A stretch of 61,770 nt of DNA, counting the filler. It is 8 parts of 8 records of this genome, joined end to end, with 100 filler letters (N's around TTAATTAATTAA, not from the genome) between each part and the next. Parts side by side here need not be neighbours in the genome. Positions count along the whole stretch, not along the records: positions 8,327 to 14,786 come from SRR31147125_3021; positions 14,887 to 25,683 come from SRR31147125_3027; 6 more parts are not named here. The stretch is one strand, 5' to 3'. This document shows positions 8,327 through 17,467 of this stretch, in pieces. Below the pieces are notes generated by a model that saw nothing but the letters and a program-made list of their open reading frames with translations, had not been told where the DNA came from and did not search any database. Position 1 is the first letter of the stretch. Each line of letters starts with the position of its first letter. The translations under genes were made by a program, and so were the position numbers.

Positions 8327-9828
8327 CGAGTTATATTCCCTGTGATTTCACCATTTTTCATGATAATCAAATTATCTGACATTCCGATAAGTTCTGGAAG
8401 TTCTTCAGAAATCATAAGAATAGCTCGTCCTTCTTTTTTAAACTGCTCCAAAAGGCGATAAATAGCCGCTTTGACCCCGATATCAATTCCTCGTGTCGGA
8501 CAATCCATAATAAATATCTGAACATCATTTGCCGTGCATTTGGCAATTGAAACCTTTTGCTTATTTCCGCCGCTCAAGCTGGATACCGGCAAATTTAAAC
8601 CGCCCATTTTAATGCTTAATGATTCTACCTGCTCTACGGATAATTTCTTTTCAATTCTCGGTGTAATAAACATACCCTTTTTCAGTTTGTTTAAAGACAT
8701 CATAACAATATTATCCTTGATGCTGGATGCTAACATAAGCCCTTCCATCTCACGGTCTTTAGGCGTATAACCCATACCATTTTTTACGGCATCTGCTGAA
8801 CTCTTTATTTCAACATTTTTCTGAGGTAATTTAACTTTCCCAGAATCTGGTCTTTCCAAGCCATAAAGCACCTTACAAAGATCATGCATGCCGCAATCAG
8901 TCAAGCCTCCGATACCCAAAATTTCACCTTTATGCAATTCAAATGAAATATTTTTTAAACGTTTGCCAAGTGTTATGTTTTCAGCTTCTAACATCACCAC
9001 ATCTTTATCATAATTCGCATCAAAATCTGTACGATAGTACTTACCCGACAAGTTACGTCCAATCATGTTCTCACGCATAGCATTCAGCGTTATTTCATCC
9101 TCTTGAAGTGTAGTTATATATTCTCCATCACGCATAACTGTAATGCTGTCACAAACTTGTTTAAGCTCATCTAGGTCATGAGAGATGAAAATAACCGAAC
9201 TCCCCGCATGTTTCAATTCTTCAATAATGCGATAAATCGTATCCCGACCTTCTTGAGATAAGGCTGTCGTTGATTCATCAACAATCAAAATTCGAGGGTT
9301 CTCCTTCATTACCATACCCGCTTCAACAAGCTTTCTATCTTCAAAAGAAAGTTCATCGATAAGATGCGAGGGTTCAATATCGCCAAGACCTATTTTTTCA
9401 AGAATTTTTTTGGTTGCTGCATTCATTTTTCGGCGATTTACGATTCCATAAGCTGCAAACTGTGCCTCTTGTCCAAGAAAAACATTTTCAGAAACTGTCA
9501 GATGATCAATGGTACCTTTTTCCTGAATCAGCATACAAACACCAGCAGCTCGTCCTTCCAGCATGTTTTTCGGCGCATGTGGCTTTTCGTTCATATACAT
9601 CTTTCCGCTGTCTGGATTCAAACTGCCAGCAATCATTGATGCCATCGTGGATTTACCACTCCCATTTTCACCAATCAATCCACGAATTTCTCCTGCCACA
9701 AGTTCAAAATGCATGTCAACAACGGCTTTAGTGGGTCCAAAAGACTTATTCAATCCCACAACTCTCAAAAGAGGCTTGCACATCTCACTGTTATGTGATT
9801 TATTCTCAATTCCGGAATTTACATCCAT
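8327..9828 (-). CDS. Monosaccharide (CUT2, RbsA/MglA-type) ABC transporter ATP-binding protein, 3' truncated
   Basis: Two ABC domains with GENGSGKST, LSGGNKQKV and PTRGIDIG. It runs into the contig edge. Confidence 0.9.
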
Positions 9829-10020
9829 GTTTTGTAATTCTCCCTTCCACGTTTGATCCGACTTCAGAGCCTATGCAAAACACAATTATACTCTTTTCAC
9901 TAGAATGTCTTTATCTAGTATTCGCCTTTTCATTTATTATCATTATGTTAGTTTTTTTTATTAGGTTGTCTTAAACTTTCTACTCTGTGTTTATACAATA
10001 ATCAAAAAAACAGCTTGGGT

Positions 10021-10057
10021 ATATCATTTCATTCACTTTTATGTTATAATTCTCACG
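10021..10057 (-). promoter_or_regulatory. Candidate AraC operator, copy 1 (upstream of ABC operon)
   Basis: 29/37 ungapped identity with 12603-12639 by my count. On the minus strand it contains GTGA...AT elements with ~20-bp periodicity. Confidence 0.45.
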
Positions 10058-10085
10058 TACAATTTTAGTTTTAGGAGAAAGAATT

Positions 10086-10856
10086 ATGCCTTATATTAAT
10101 TCAAAAAAAATATATTATCACGATTTTTTTAATCGCGAAAATAACATTCGGCATCATCGTTATGACGAAGAGATGAAACTATATGATTTAATGAAAGCTG
10201 GAGATTTGAACGCTGTAAAAGAATGTGTGAAAATGTGGACCTCAGAACTTCCAGGTCACCTTTGTGATGATACTTTGAGAAATTATAAGTATCTTTTTGT
10301 TGCTTCAATAACTCTCACCACACGATTCGCAATTGAGGGCGGTATGGATGAAGAGTTCGCCTATAATACCAGCGATCTTTATATTCAAAAGGTAGATTTG
10401 TGTAAGGATACTGAAGAAATTCTTGTTCTCTACGAGGATATGTTCACCTTTTTCACAAAAAGTATGGCTAGTATGAAAAAAAAATCTGTAATTTCAAAAC
10501 CCGTAGTTTTGTGTATGGATTACATTTATTATCATCTTCACGAAAAAATAAATATTGATACCCTTGCAGAGCACGTAAATTTAAATCCTACATATCTATG
10601 TGGACTTTTTAAAAAGGAAACCGGCCAGAAAATTGCAGAATACATCAAAAGCAAACGTATGGAGGCTTCAAAAAATATGTTAAAATATTCTGAATTCACC
10701 ATAGCAGAAATTGCATCCGTATTAGCTTTTTCTTCGCAGAGTCACTTTACCAAGACTTTTCGCGAAACACATGGTTTTACACCCAAACAATTCAGAAACC
10801 TTTTTTTCCGTTCGGGTTATATATATAGCAAGGATACTTCAAGTTCTACTGATTAG
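10086..10856 (+). CDS. AraC-family transcriptional regulator
   Basis: C-terminal double HTH (LNPTYLCGLFKKETG ... FSSQSHFTKTFRETHGFTPKQFR) and an AGGAG RBS. Confidence 0.92.
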   Translation: MPYINSKKIYYHDFFNRENNIRHHRYDEEMKLYDLMKAGDLNAVKECVKMWTSELPGHLCDDTLRNYKYLFVASITLTTRFAIEGGMDEEFAYNTSDLYIQKVDLCKDTEEILVLYEDMFTFFTKSMASMKKKSVISKPVVLCMDYIYYHLHEKINIDTLAEHVNLNPTYLCGLFKKETGQKIAEYIKSKRMEASKNMLKYSEFTIAEIASVLAFSSQSHFTKTFRETHGFTPKQFRNLFFRSGYIYSKDTSSSTD

Positions 10857-10873
10857 AGTTTCTATTCCTCTTC

Positions 10874-12292
10874 TTAATATATCTCCCCATTTTTCTTTAT
10901 CAGTTTTTGATACCAATAAAACGATTTTTTCTTATATCTTTTCATGGTACCATGTTGCTCGTCATCTAAATCAATGTAGATAAACCCATACCGTTTTCGG
11001 ATTCCCTGATGCGTACTAATTAAATCAATCGCCGACCAAGGACAGTAGCCGATTAAATCGACTCCTTCATCAACTGCAAGCTTAGCCTGATAAATATGCT
11101 TGCTCAAAAAATCAATTCGGTCGTTATCAATAATTTGCCCGTCTTTATCCATCGATTCATATAATCCAAGACCATTTTCCGTCACCAAAATCGGTAGTTC
11201 ATAACGCGCATATACACTCTTTAGAGTGATTCTAAATCCAGGCGCGTCAATATCCCATCCAAATTTAGTCTTCTCCAGATATGGCGAATCATATACTCCA
11301 AACCACCCTGGTTCAGAGATTGCGGTTTGCTGATCTCCCGTTGTTTTCGCTGTTTTATTCAATTCTAAATATTTTATCGTTGTCGAACTGTAATAATTTA
11401 ATGCAAGAAAATCCGGATTGGCATTTTTGAGAATATCCATATCCCCCGGCAAAATCGTCGGCGTACAATCATTCTTTTCAAGATAGTTCCACGCAATTGG
11501 ATTATACCTGCCATATACGGCCATATCATAATACAACCAGTTTCTAACCGCCGAAAAATTTTGCGCCGCCAAATAATCTTCTGGTTTACATGTAGCAGGA
11601 TAAACATTCGAAAAGTTCGGAGCCGGTCCTATCAAAGCATCCGGTAACATTTCATGGCAAAGTTTCATAGTGCGGGCTTGTGCAAGAAACATGTGATGAT
11701 TTTGAGTATATACCTTTTTCATTCGATTGCCGATTTCGTCAAAGTCAGTGCCCAATATTTGTCCGTGCAGAATCATCATATTCTGCTCATTAATCGTAAG
11801 CCAATACTTAACTTTTTCACCGTAGTGCTCGAACAATAACTTTGCATACTCTACAAATGCGTCAATTGTTCTCCTATTTGACCATCCGCCGTCAGTTTCC
11901 AATGCATAAGGAAGGTCAAAATGATAAAGGGTAACCACTGGTTCAATCCCATGTTTAATGCACGTATCAATAACATGGTGATAATGATCTAACCCCTTTT
12001 GATTAATATGCCTCCTGCCTTCCGGCAAAATCCTTGTCCATGCAATAGAAAATCGATATGCCTTTAAGCCCATCTCAGCCATCAAGGCAATATCTTCCTC
12101 ATACTTATGATAGTGATCAACAGAAACATCAAACCCTAGTGTTCCCTCTGGTACTTCCTTTACGTCTTGCACCGATAAGCCTTTTCCCTCGTCTTTTGCA
12201 GCACCTTCAACTTGATAAGCAGATGTAGATGCTCCCCATAAAAAGTCTTTTTTAAATTCTCTTATCATATCTTCTTTATTTAATTTATCCAT
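10874..12292 (-). CDS. Glycoside hydrolase family 1 (6-phospho-beta-glucosidase-like)
   Basis: FLWGASTSAYQVEG, acid/base TINEQ, nucleophile VTENG, and WSAIDLIS. Confidence 0.93.
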   Translation of the reverse strand: MDKLNKEDMIREFKKDFLWGASTSAYQVEGAAKDEGKGLSVQDVKEVPEGTLGFDVSVDHYHKYEEDIALMAEMGLKAYRFSIAWTRILPEGRRHINQKGLDHYHHVIDTCIKHGIEPVVTLYHFDLPYALETDGGWSNRRTIDAFVEYAKLLFEHYGEKVKYWLTINEQNMMILHGQILGTDFDEIGNRMKKVYTQNHHMFLAQARTMKLCHEMLPDALIGPAPNFSNVYPATCKPEDYLAAQNFSAVRNWLYYDMAVYGRYNPIAWNYLEKNDCTPTILPGDMDILKNANPDFLALNYYSSTTIKYLELNKTAKTTGDQQTAISEPGWFGVYDSPYLEKTKFGWDIDAPGFRITLKSVYARYELPILVTENGLGLYESMDKDGQIIDNDRIDFLSKHIYQAKLAVDEGVDLIGYCPWSAIDLISTHQGIRKRYGFIYIDLDDEQHGTMKRYKKKSFYWYQKLIKKNGEIY

Positions 12293-12330
12293 GGAATACT
12301 ATATACCTTTCTTATCTTATAATATTTCTT

Positions 12331-12450
12331 TTAACCTGACTTCAAACGTAAGATTATGGACGCACTCTCCGAAGCTAAAAACAGACTGCCAATCCTCAAT
12401 GCTGCGCCTGTAATGACTACAATTTCCCCTGTAAAATCGCAACTATAGCC
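12331..12450 (-). pseudogene. Internally deleted short-chain dehydrogenase (SDR) remnant
   Basis: Minus frame reads CDFTGEIVVITGAALRIG-SLFLASESASII, which is the SDR N-terminal TGxxxGIG region joined directly to the C-terminal LFLAS motif. Confidence 0.55.
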
Positions 12451-12602
12451 TATCCGGTCATTCTATCTTATACATACTTATTCATTATAGCTGTATGTCC
12501 ACTTTTTTACTTTACTGTGTGTCATCAACAACATATTAAGTGACTCAAAATCATTAGAATCCTGAGTACACAATAAAATTATAATAAAAAAATAAGCTAT
12601 TT

Positions 12603-12639
12603 ATATCATATTGTTCATTTAAATATTATATTTCTCACG
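12603..12639 (-). promoter_or_regulatory. Candidate AraC operator, copy 2 (upstream of SDR remnant/GH1)
   Basis: Second copy of the 10021-10057 motif in the same orientation, followed on the minus strand by a TATAAT-like -10. Confidence 0.45.
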
Positions 12640-12744
12640 CATTTTTTTATGAGCAACTTCGTGTTTACTCAGCAACTCTTAATATTGGTTCTGGCGCAAA
12701 AATAGTAGTTAGTAATATAATATGCTTCTTGTGAGGTGCAAAAA

Positions 12745-13041
12745 ATGCAAACCAAAAAGAAATCCAGAATCCTATATCTTCTAAAATATTTGAGCGAAAA
12801 GACTGATGATACTAACCCTGTTTCAACAAATGATATCATGCAGTATCTTAGTTCTATTGGAATAGATGTTCATAGAGATACAGTATACAATGATATCGAT
12901 ATGCTGTTGGAATATGGGGTAGATGAAATAAATGATGGTGGTCTTACTTTCCAGATTACTGATATAATGGTTCATCCTGATTATCAAGGAAAAGGCGTTG
13001 GGAAAATGATAATGGATTTATTAAGGGTATTAAGAATATGA
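12745..13041 (+). pseudogene. Chimeric remnant: N-terminal HTH of a WYL-type regulator fused to a GNAT acetyltransferase fragment
   Basis: KSRILYLLKYLSEKTDDTNPVS...RDTVYNDIDML (WYL-regulator HTH) is joined near 12925 to DGGLTFQITDIMVHPDYQGKGVGK (GNAT motif A). Confidence 0.65.
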
Positions 13042-13086
13042 GAAAGAAAGATAACAATAACTAAATAATTTGTGTGTTGTGTTAAT

Positions 13087-13121
13087 AAGAGCAATTCATT
13101 GTTTTAATGAGTCGCTCTTTA
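13087..13121. terminator. Bidirectional terminator-like hairpin
   Basis: AAGAGCAATTCATT/AATGAGTCGCTCTT between convergent ORFs. Confidence 0.55.
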
Positions 13122-13129
13122 TTTATCTT

Positions 13130-13372
13130 CTACTCTTCATCAAAAATTGTATTATTCATCTCTTCAAAATCTAGAAAATCTGACACAGTCATATTAAGAC
13201 CAATAGCTAATCTATGCAATGTCCTAAGCTTAGGATTTTTAGTATTACCTTTAGCTATATTGTCTAAAGTAGATTGAGTTATTCCGCTAATTGTAGCAAG
13301 CTTATTAAGTGTAATACCTTTATTTGCACACACTTGTTTTAATCTAATCGCAATTGCATCACCATAAGTCAT
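13130..13372 (-). CDS. XRE/Cro-C1 HTH transcriptional regulator
   Basis: GITLNKLATISGITQSTLDNI...NPKLRTL HTH_3 pattern and an AAGGAGGA RBS. Confidence 0.9.
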   Translation of the reverse strand: MTYGDAIAIRLKQVCANKGITLNKLATISGITQSTLDNIAKGNTKNPKLRTLHRLAIGLNMTVSDFLDFEEMNNTIFDEE

Positions 13373-13383
13373 AGAATCCTCCT

Positions 13384-13492
13384 TAACCTTATAAGGTTAT
13401 ATTAATTAGGTTACCAAGGATTTTATAAAAATATTAACCGTATACGGTTGACAACTGTAAAATAGTACTGTATTATATTCTACATAAGGTTA
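13384..13492. promoter_or_regulatory. Palindromic operators and divergent sigma70 promoter
   Basis: TAACCTTATAAGGTTA (13384-13399), AACCGTATACGGTT (13436-13449) and a half-site ATAAGGTTA near 13484. TTGACA(13448)-17 bp-TATTAT(13471). Confidence 0.7.
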
Positions 13493-13647
13493 TTAATGCT
13501 TGTATTAACATTTAATACTAATTTAATATTTGTAAGAATTTAATTTTGGGGAGAAACTTTTTATGGAAGGGGCTAGCGATATAGCCTCTTTTATAATTTC
13601 ATGGCAATCATTCGATTGCCTATTTTTGTTATACAGGAGGTTTTTAT

Positions 13648-13896
13648 ATGGCACTAGACCCAGCAACAGCAAAAGCAATAGCAATGCTGGCAAAGAAAGC
13701 AATAGAAGACAAGACGACAAGGCGAACGATCATGATAGCCATCATGATTCCTATATTGGTTATTGTGTTGATACTAGCTTCACCTTATGCAATACTGTTT
13801 GGACTTGCTGGTGAAACAAAAGCTAACAAAGGAAAACCAATCAGCGAAATAATGCAAGAGTTAAATACCACCAAAAGAGCAGATTGTTATTGTTAA
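13648..13896 (+). pseudogene. Truncated N-terminus of a conjugative-element membrane protein (possibly the cell-wall hydrolase gene)
   Basis: AGGAGG RBS and MALDPATAKAIA... plus one TM helix, as recalled for Clostridial ICE genes. It ends abruptly with no catalytic domain. Confidence 0.4.
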
Positions 13897-14053
13897 TCAG
13901 AAAGAAAAAGAAAGTTTCGCTAAAGTTCTGTTTAATGCTGTTGGGGCTGTTTTTCGGTTTATTATTTACGTTATTGTTTTTTTGCTTTCTAGTGTGGGGT
14001 TGACAGTGCTAATAAATGAAGAGATAAGAAATTTGTTAATAAAATTATTATGA
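13865..14053 (+). pseudogene. Start-less C-terminal fragment of a small membrane protein (ICE-like)
   Basis: Open frame IVIVNQKEKESFAKVLFNAVGAVFRFIIYVIVFLLSSVGLTVLINEEIRNLL with no start codon at its 5' end, overlapping the end of the previous remnant. Confidence 0.35.
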
Positions 14054-14127
14054 AAATTCCTATTTGGAATTTTGTAGATATATGATAAAATATTACTATA
14101 TAAATAATTTACTAAGCGAGGCTTAAT

Positions 14128-14460
14128 ATGAGTGATATATTGCAGTTAATTTCTGATTTTATAATAATTGTATTCGGTATTCTATTTTTTTTGAACAAAG
14201 CTGGGGTAACTGAATCTGTTTCAGAATTTATTAAACATAAGACTGTATCGGGTGACAAAAAGAAGCAATTAGAAAGTGATAAAGAGTTATTTGAACGTAA
14301 ATATTTCAAAGACACATCAATTGATGATATTGTTTTTTTAATTAGAGAATGGTCTTGTATAATATATGATAACGAAAACTGCTTTTTAAAAAAAGCAGAC
14401 AAGAATTTAGTAATTCAAATGGCGAAAAAATTCCTAAAGAAAAACAAATGGCTGAAATAA
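14128..14460 (+). CDS. Hypothetical protein with N-terminal TM, first half of a probably frameshifted ~200-aa gene
   Basis: The downstream frame is open from 14373, and one extra A in A7 (14388-14394) would fuse both ORFs. Confidence 0.5.
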   Translation: MSDILQLISDFIIIVFGILFFLNKAGVTESVSEFIKHKTVSGDKKKQLESDKELFERKYFKDTSIDDIVFLIREWSCIIYDNENCFLKKADKNLVIQMAKKFLKKNKWLK

Positions 14461-14729
14461 GAACTAAAATGCTAATATGTTGTTCTGCTATAACATTAGA
14501 ACTTTTTTCATTGTATATTCAACATAATCTAGGTAATTTAAAATATAAATACAAACATGAAGAGGCTTATGTTATTGCGTTGATTATTAGTAATATAAAA
14601 TACGATTATAGTGGAAATTTTATCAATCCGATAAATATTTTATCCGCAGAAATATTAAACATACACGAAATAATTGAAAATTCAGAATTACTAGAAAAGG
14701 AGTATGCTAAGTTTTTTAGACAAGATTAA
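14448..14729 (+). CDS. Hypothetical protein, second half of the probable frameshifted gene
   Basis: Overlaps the previous ORF in the -1 frame. No recognisable family. Confidence 0.45.
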   Translation: MAEIRTKMLICCSAITLELFSLYIQHNLGNLKYKYKHEEAYVIALIISNIKYDYSGNFINPINILSAEILNIHEIIENSELLEKEYAKFFRQD

Positions 14730-14770
14730 ATTAAGGAGAATAAAATAAATGAAAAAAATAACAGCACTAG

Positions 14771-14786
14771 TGTACTGACCCCAAAA
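14771..14786 (+). mobile_element. Terminal inverted repeat of an IS3-family (IS150-group-like) element at contig end
   Basis: TGTACTGACCCCAAAA resembles IS150-group ends. It follows the first seven codons of an ORF starting at 14749 (AAGGAG RBS, MKKITAL) and the contig breaks here. Confidence 0.55.
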
Positions 14787-14886
14787 NNNNNNNNNNNNNN
14801 NNNNNNNNNNNNNNNNNNNNNNNNNNNNNNTTAATTAATTAANNNNNNNNNNNNNNNNNNNNNNNNNNNNNNNNNNNNNNNNNNNN
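14787..14886. other. Artificial contig spacer
   Basis: N44-TTAATTAATTAA-N44. Confidence 0.98.
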
Positions 14887-14937
14887 GTAATCTAATCCTA
14901 TTGTATATTTTGACATGTTATTCTTTGTCTTAATAGA

Positions 14938-16266
14938 TTAATGCTTACTGGCCACTTTAACAGCGTAAAGTGTAATAATTACAAAACACACAGCCGGTAC
15001 CAGATAAGCCATATTTATTCCAGCAGGCAAGGCTATTAATGAGCTTTGTGTTATTTTATCAACCGATGTTGAAACCAAACCTTGCAATTGAGTAATGATA
15101 GCTCCACCAACTATAGTCATAATCAGTCCAGAACCTGCAATTTTGGTATCTTCACCTAAGCCTTTTACAGCCAACCCAAATATTGTTGGAAACATTAGCG
15201 ACATACAACCAGAAACACCAACCAGAGCATAAACACCAACCTGACCACCAACAAATACCACAACTAAAATTAGTGCTATTGCTAAAATACTTGCATAAGT
15301 TAACAAGTTACCGGGTTTGAAATATCTCATAAGGAAAGTAAAAACAAAACGGCAGGCAACAAATAAAACCAAAGATGCGATGTAGTAATTGGCTGCTATT
15401 TGTTCTGCTGTTTTCCCCGCAGGTAAAACTATTTCTTCTAATCTAAGTTCTTGCATGGTATAACGTATTGTAAACGACCAAATTCCAATTTGAGCTCCTA
15501 CATAAAAGAATTGGGCAAGCACCCCGGTTGTATAGTTCCTATTTTTAAGTAGACGTTTTACAGTGGGGCCAAAATCTATGCTGCCACCTGCATCTTTAGT
15601 GCGGGGCATTTTTGCAAAATATATCACTGCCCATAAAACCAATAGCAAAACCCCAATGGTAATGTAAGTCGTAGTTACTGAGTTCAACTCTGCGCCCTGA
15701 ATGACTGCCAACTCACCAGAAGACATGGCTGCTCGTTCTTCTGCCCCTGCCTTGTTTAACGATGACAAAATAAAAACCTGACTAACGACAACCCCCATAA
15801 TTGAGCCAATGGGATTAAACGACTGCGCAAGGTTTAGCCTGCGTGTACCAGTCTCCTCGGGGCCCATGGCAATAATGTATGGGTTGGCTGCGGTTTCAAG
15901 AATAGAAAGCCCACCAAACAATACCCACAATGCCCCTAAAAAATGGAAGTAATTTCCGGTTAATTTTGCTGGAAAAAATAAAATACATCCAATTAAATAT
16001 AAGCCCAGCCCCAATAAAATACCCGATTTATAGGAATATTTTTTTATATAGACTGCAGCAGGAATTGCAAATATAAAGTAGCCCAGTCCATAACAAGAAA
16101 TTTGAATTAACGCTGTTCGTGAATCAGTCATACTCATTATTCGCTTAAATGCAGCAAGCAAGGTATCGGTCATATTATTGGCCAAGCCCCACAAAAAGAA
16201 CAATAAGGTGATTAATATAAATGGGATTAATATGTTTCTAGGGACAATACTTGTTTTAGTATTCAT
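14938..16266 (-). CDS. fucP: L-fucose:H+ symporter (MFS)
   Basis: LFFLWGLANN, LETAANPY, RRLNLAQSFNP, QFFYVGAQ and SLMFPTIF motifs. The start at 16266 avoids overlap with the upstream gene. Confidence 0.9.
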   Translation of the reverse strand: MNTKTSIVPRNILIPFILITLLFFLWGLANNMTDTLLAAFKRIMSMTDSRTALIQISCYGLGYFIFAIPAAVYIKKYSYKSGILLGLGLYLIGCILFFPAKLTGNYFHFLGALWVLFGGLSILETAANPYIIAMGPEETGTRRLNLAQSFNPIGSIMGVVVSQVFILSSLNKAGAEERAAMSSGELAVIQGAELNSVTTTYITIGVLLLVLWAVIYFAKMPRTKDAGGSIDFGPTVKRLLKNRNYTTGVLAQFFYVGAQIGIWSFTIRYTMQELRLEEIVLPAGKTAEQIAANYYIASLVLFVACRFVFTFLMRYFKPGNLLTYASILAIALILVVVFVGGQVGVYALVGVSGCMSLMFPTIFGLAVKGLGEDTKIAGSGLIMTIVGGAIITQLQGLVSTSVDKITQSSLIALPAGINMAYLVPAVCFVIITLYAVKVASKH

Positions 16267-16310
16267 AATAAATTCTATTTGATTTCTGTTAGTGAATAAA
16301 CTTGGAACTC

Positions 16311-17435
16311 CTAAATATCTGTTCTTAAAGGCACCACCATATTCCATGTTTTCTCAAATTGCCAGGCTTTAGGGCCTACTCCTGTCGCCGCAAACAGGTG
16401 CGTTGGTTTTCCATTTTCTACCAGCACAAAAGGTCTTTCAAAATGATTATGCTCGGCATAAGTGCCATCTTCCCACATTACTTTGCGGCTATATGCTTTT
16501 ACTTTATCGAATAGGTTCCAGTTAATGCCATCGTTGGACCAAACATGAACGCCGCCCCCCTCTTCACCACATATTTTACCAGAGCGGTCTTTAACAATGG
16601 CTTCGTATTTATTGCCAGCCCACCAAATATAAGGGTCTTCCACATCAATGCGGTTGTTATCTTCGGTTTCAAACCTGAAAATTGGATCTTCGCTTAAGCG
16701 CTTGTAAGGTCCCTTGGGCGATTGTGCCTTTGAAACACCAAGCAAAAGCGGAGGAACCAATCCATTTGTAGAAGATTTATACATCAACAAAATTTCACCT
16801 GTTTTATCGTTTACCGCTGGTGCAGGATTAGAGGTTATTGAAGCATCCCAGTGACCTGCTCGCGGTTCGATAACTGGTTTATCCAAACGTTTCCAGGGGC
16901 CATAAACACTATCGCTAATGGCAACGCCAATCCGCTTGTTCATCCAGGCTGCCCGCCAATCGTCGGACGTTGGTTTTGGATTGGCAGCATCAGGAGTGGG
17001 AAAATCATAGGTATTACCAAAATAATACAGTAAGTATTGGCTTTTATACTTAATAATTCGCGGATTATGGGTACACAATCCGTCCCAATATTGTGGCCCC
17101 CTAACCGGCAGCGCCACCTCGTGGAATTCGTATGGGCCAACTGGAGTGTCGGCAATGGCATGAGCAATCTCGGAGTTGGTAACCCAATTGCCAAAATCTA
17201 CTTCTTTGCTCCACCTACTGGCAAACATATGGTATCTTCCGTCTTCACCTTTTATTACCGATGAGCCCCAAATCCAATAATTTGGATCGGAAAAACCACC
17301 ATTTTTGGGTGCAGGTAAAATACGGTCGATAAAAGCTATATCGCTATACGCTTGCTGGCATCCCATTAGGCTGGGTGCAAGAGCCATTCCTGCCGTCCCG
17401 CTTGCTGCTATGTTTATAAAGTTCCTTCGTTTCAT
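16311..17435 (-). CDS. Five-bladed beta-propeller glycoside hydrolase (GH43/GH117-like), Tat lipoprotein
   Basis: MKRRNF Tat signal with lipobox LMGC. WGSS, HNP, SNP, EDP and ERP blade motifs. Confidence 0.75.
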   Translation of the reverse strand: MKRRNFINIAASGTAGMALAPSLMGCQQAYSDIAFIDRILPAPKNGGFSDPNYWIWGSSVIKGEDGRYHMFASRWSKEVDFGNWVTNSEIAHAIADTPVGPYEFHEVALPVRGPQYWDGLCTHNPRIIKYKSQYLLYYFGNTYDFPTPDAANPKPTSDDWRAAWMNKRIGVAISDSVYGPWKRLDKPVIEPRAGHWDASITSNPAPAVNDKTGEILLMYKSSTNGLVPPLLLGVSKAQSPKGPYKRLSEDPIFRFETEDNNRIDVEDPYIWWAGNKYEAIVKDRSGKICGEEGGGVHVWSNDGINWNLFDKVKAYSRKVMWEDGTYAEHNHFERPFVLVENGKPTHLFAATGVGPKAWQFEKTWNMVVPLRTDI

Positions 17436-17467
17436 TTTTCTATGTTTTTAGTTAGTTTTTTTGATGT

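Noticed and set aside
13523-13814. ORFs 13523..13720 (-) and 13563..13814 (+)
   Set aside because: They overlap the RBS-supported 13648 frame and give low-complexity translations.
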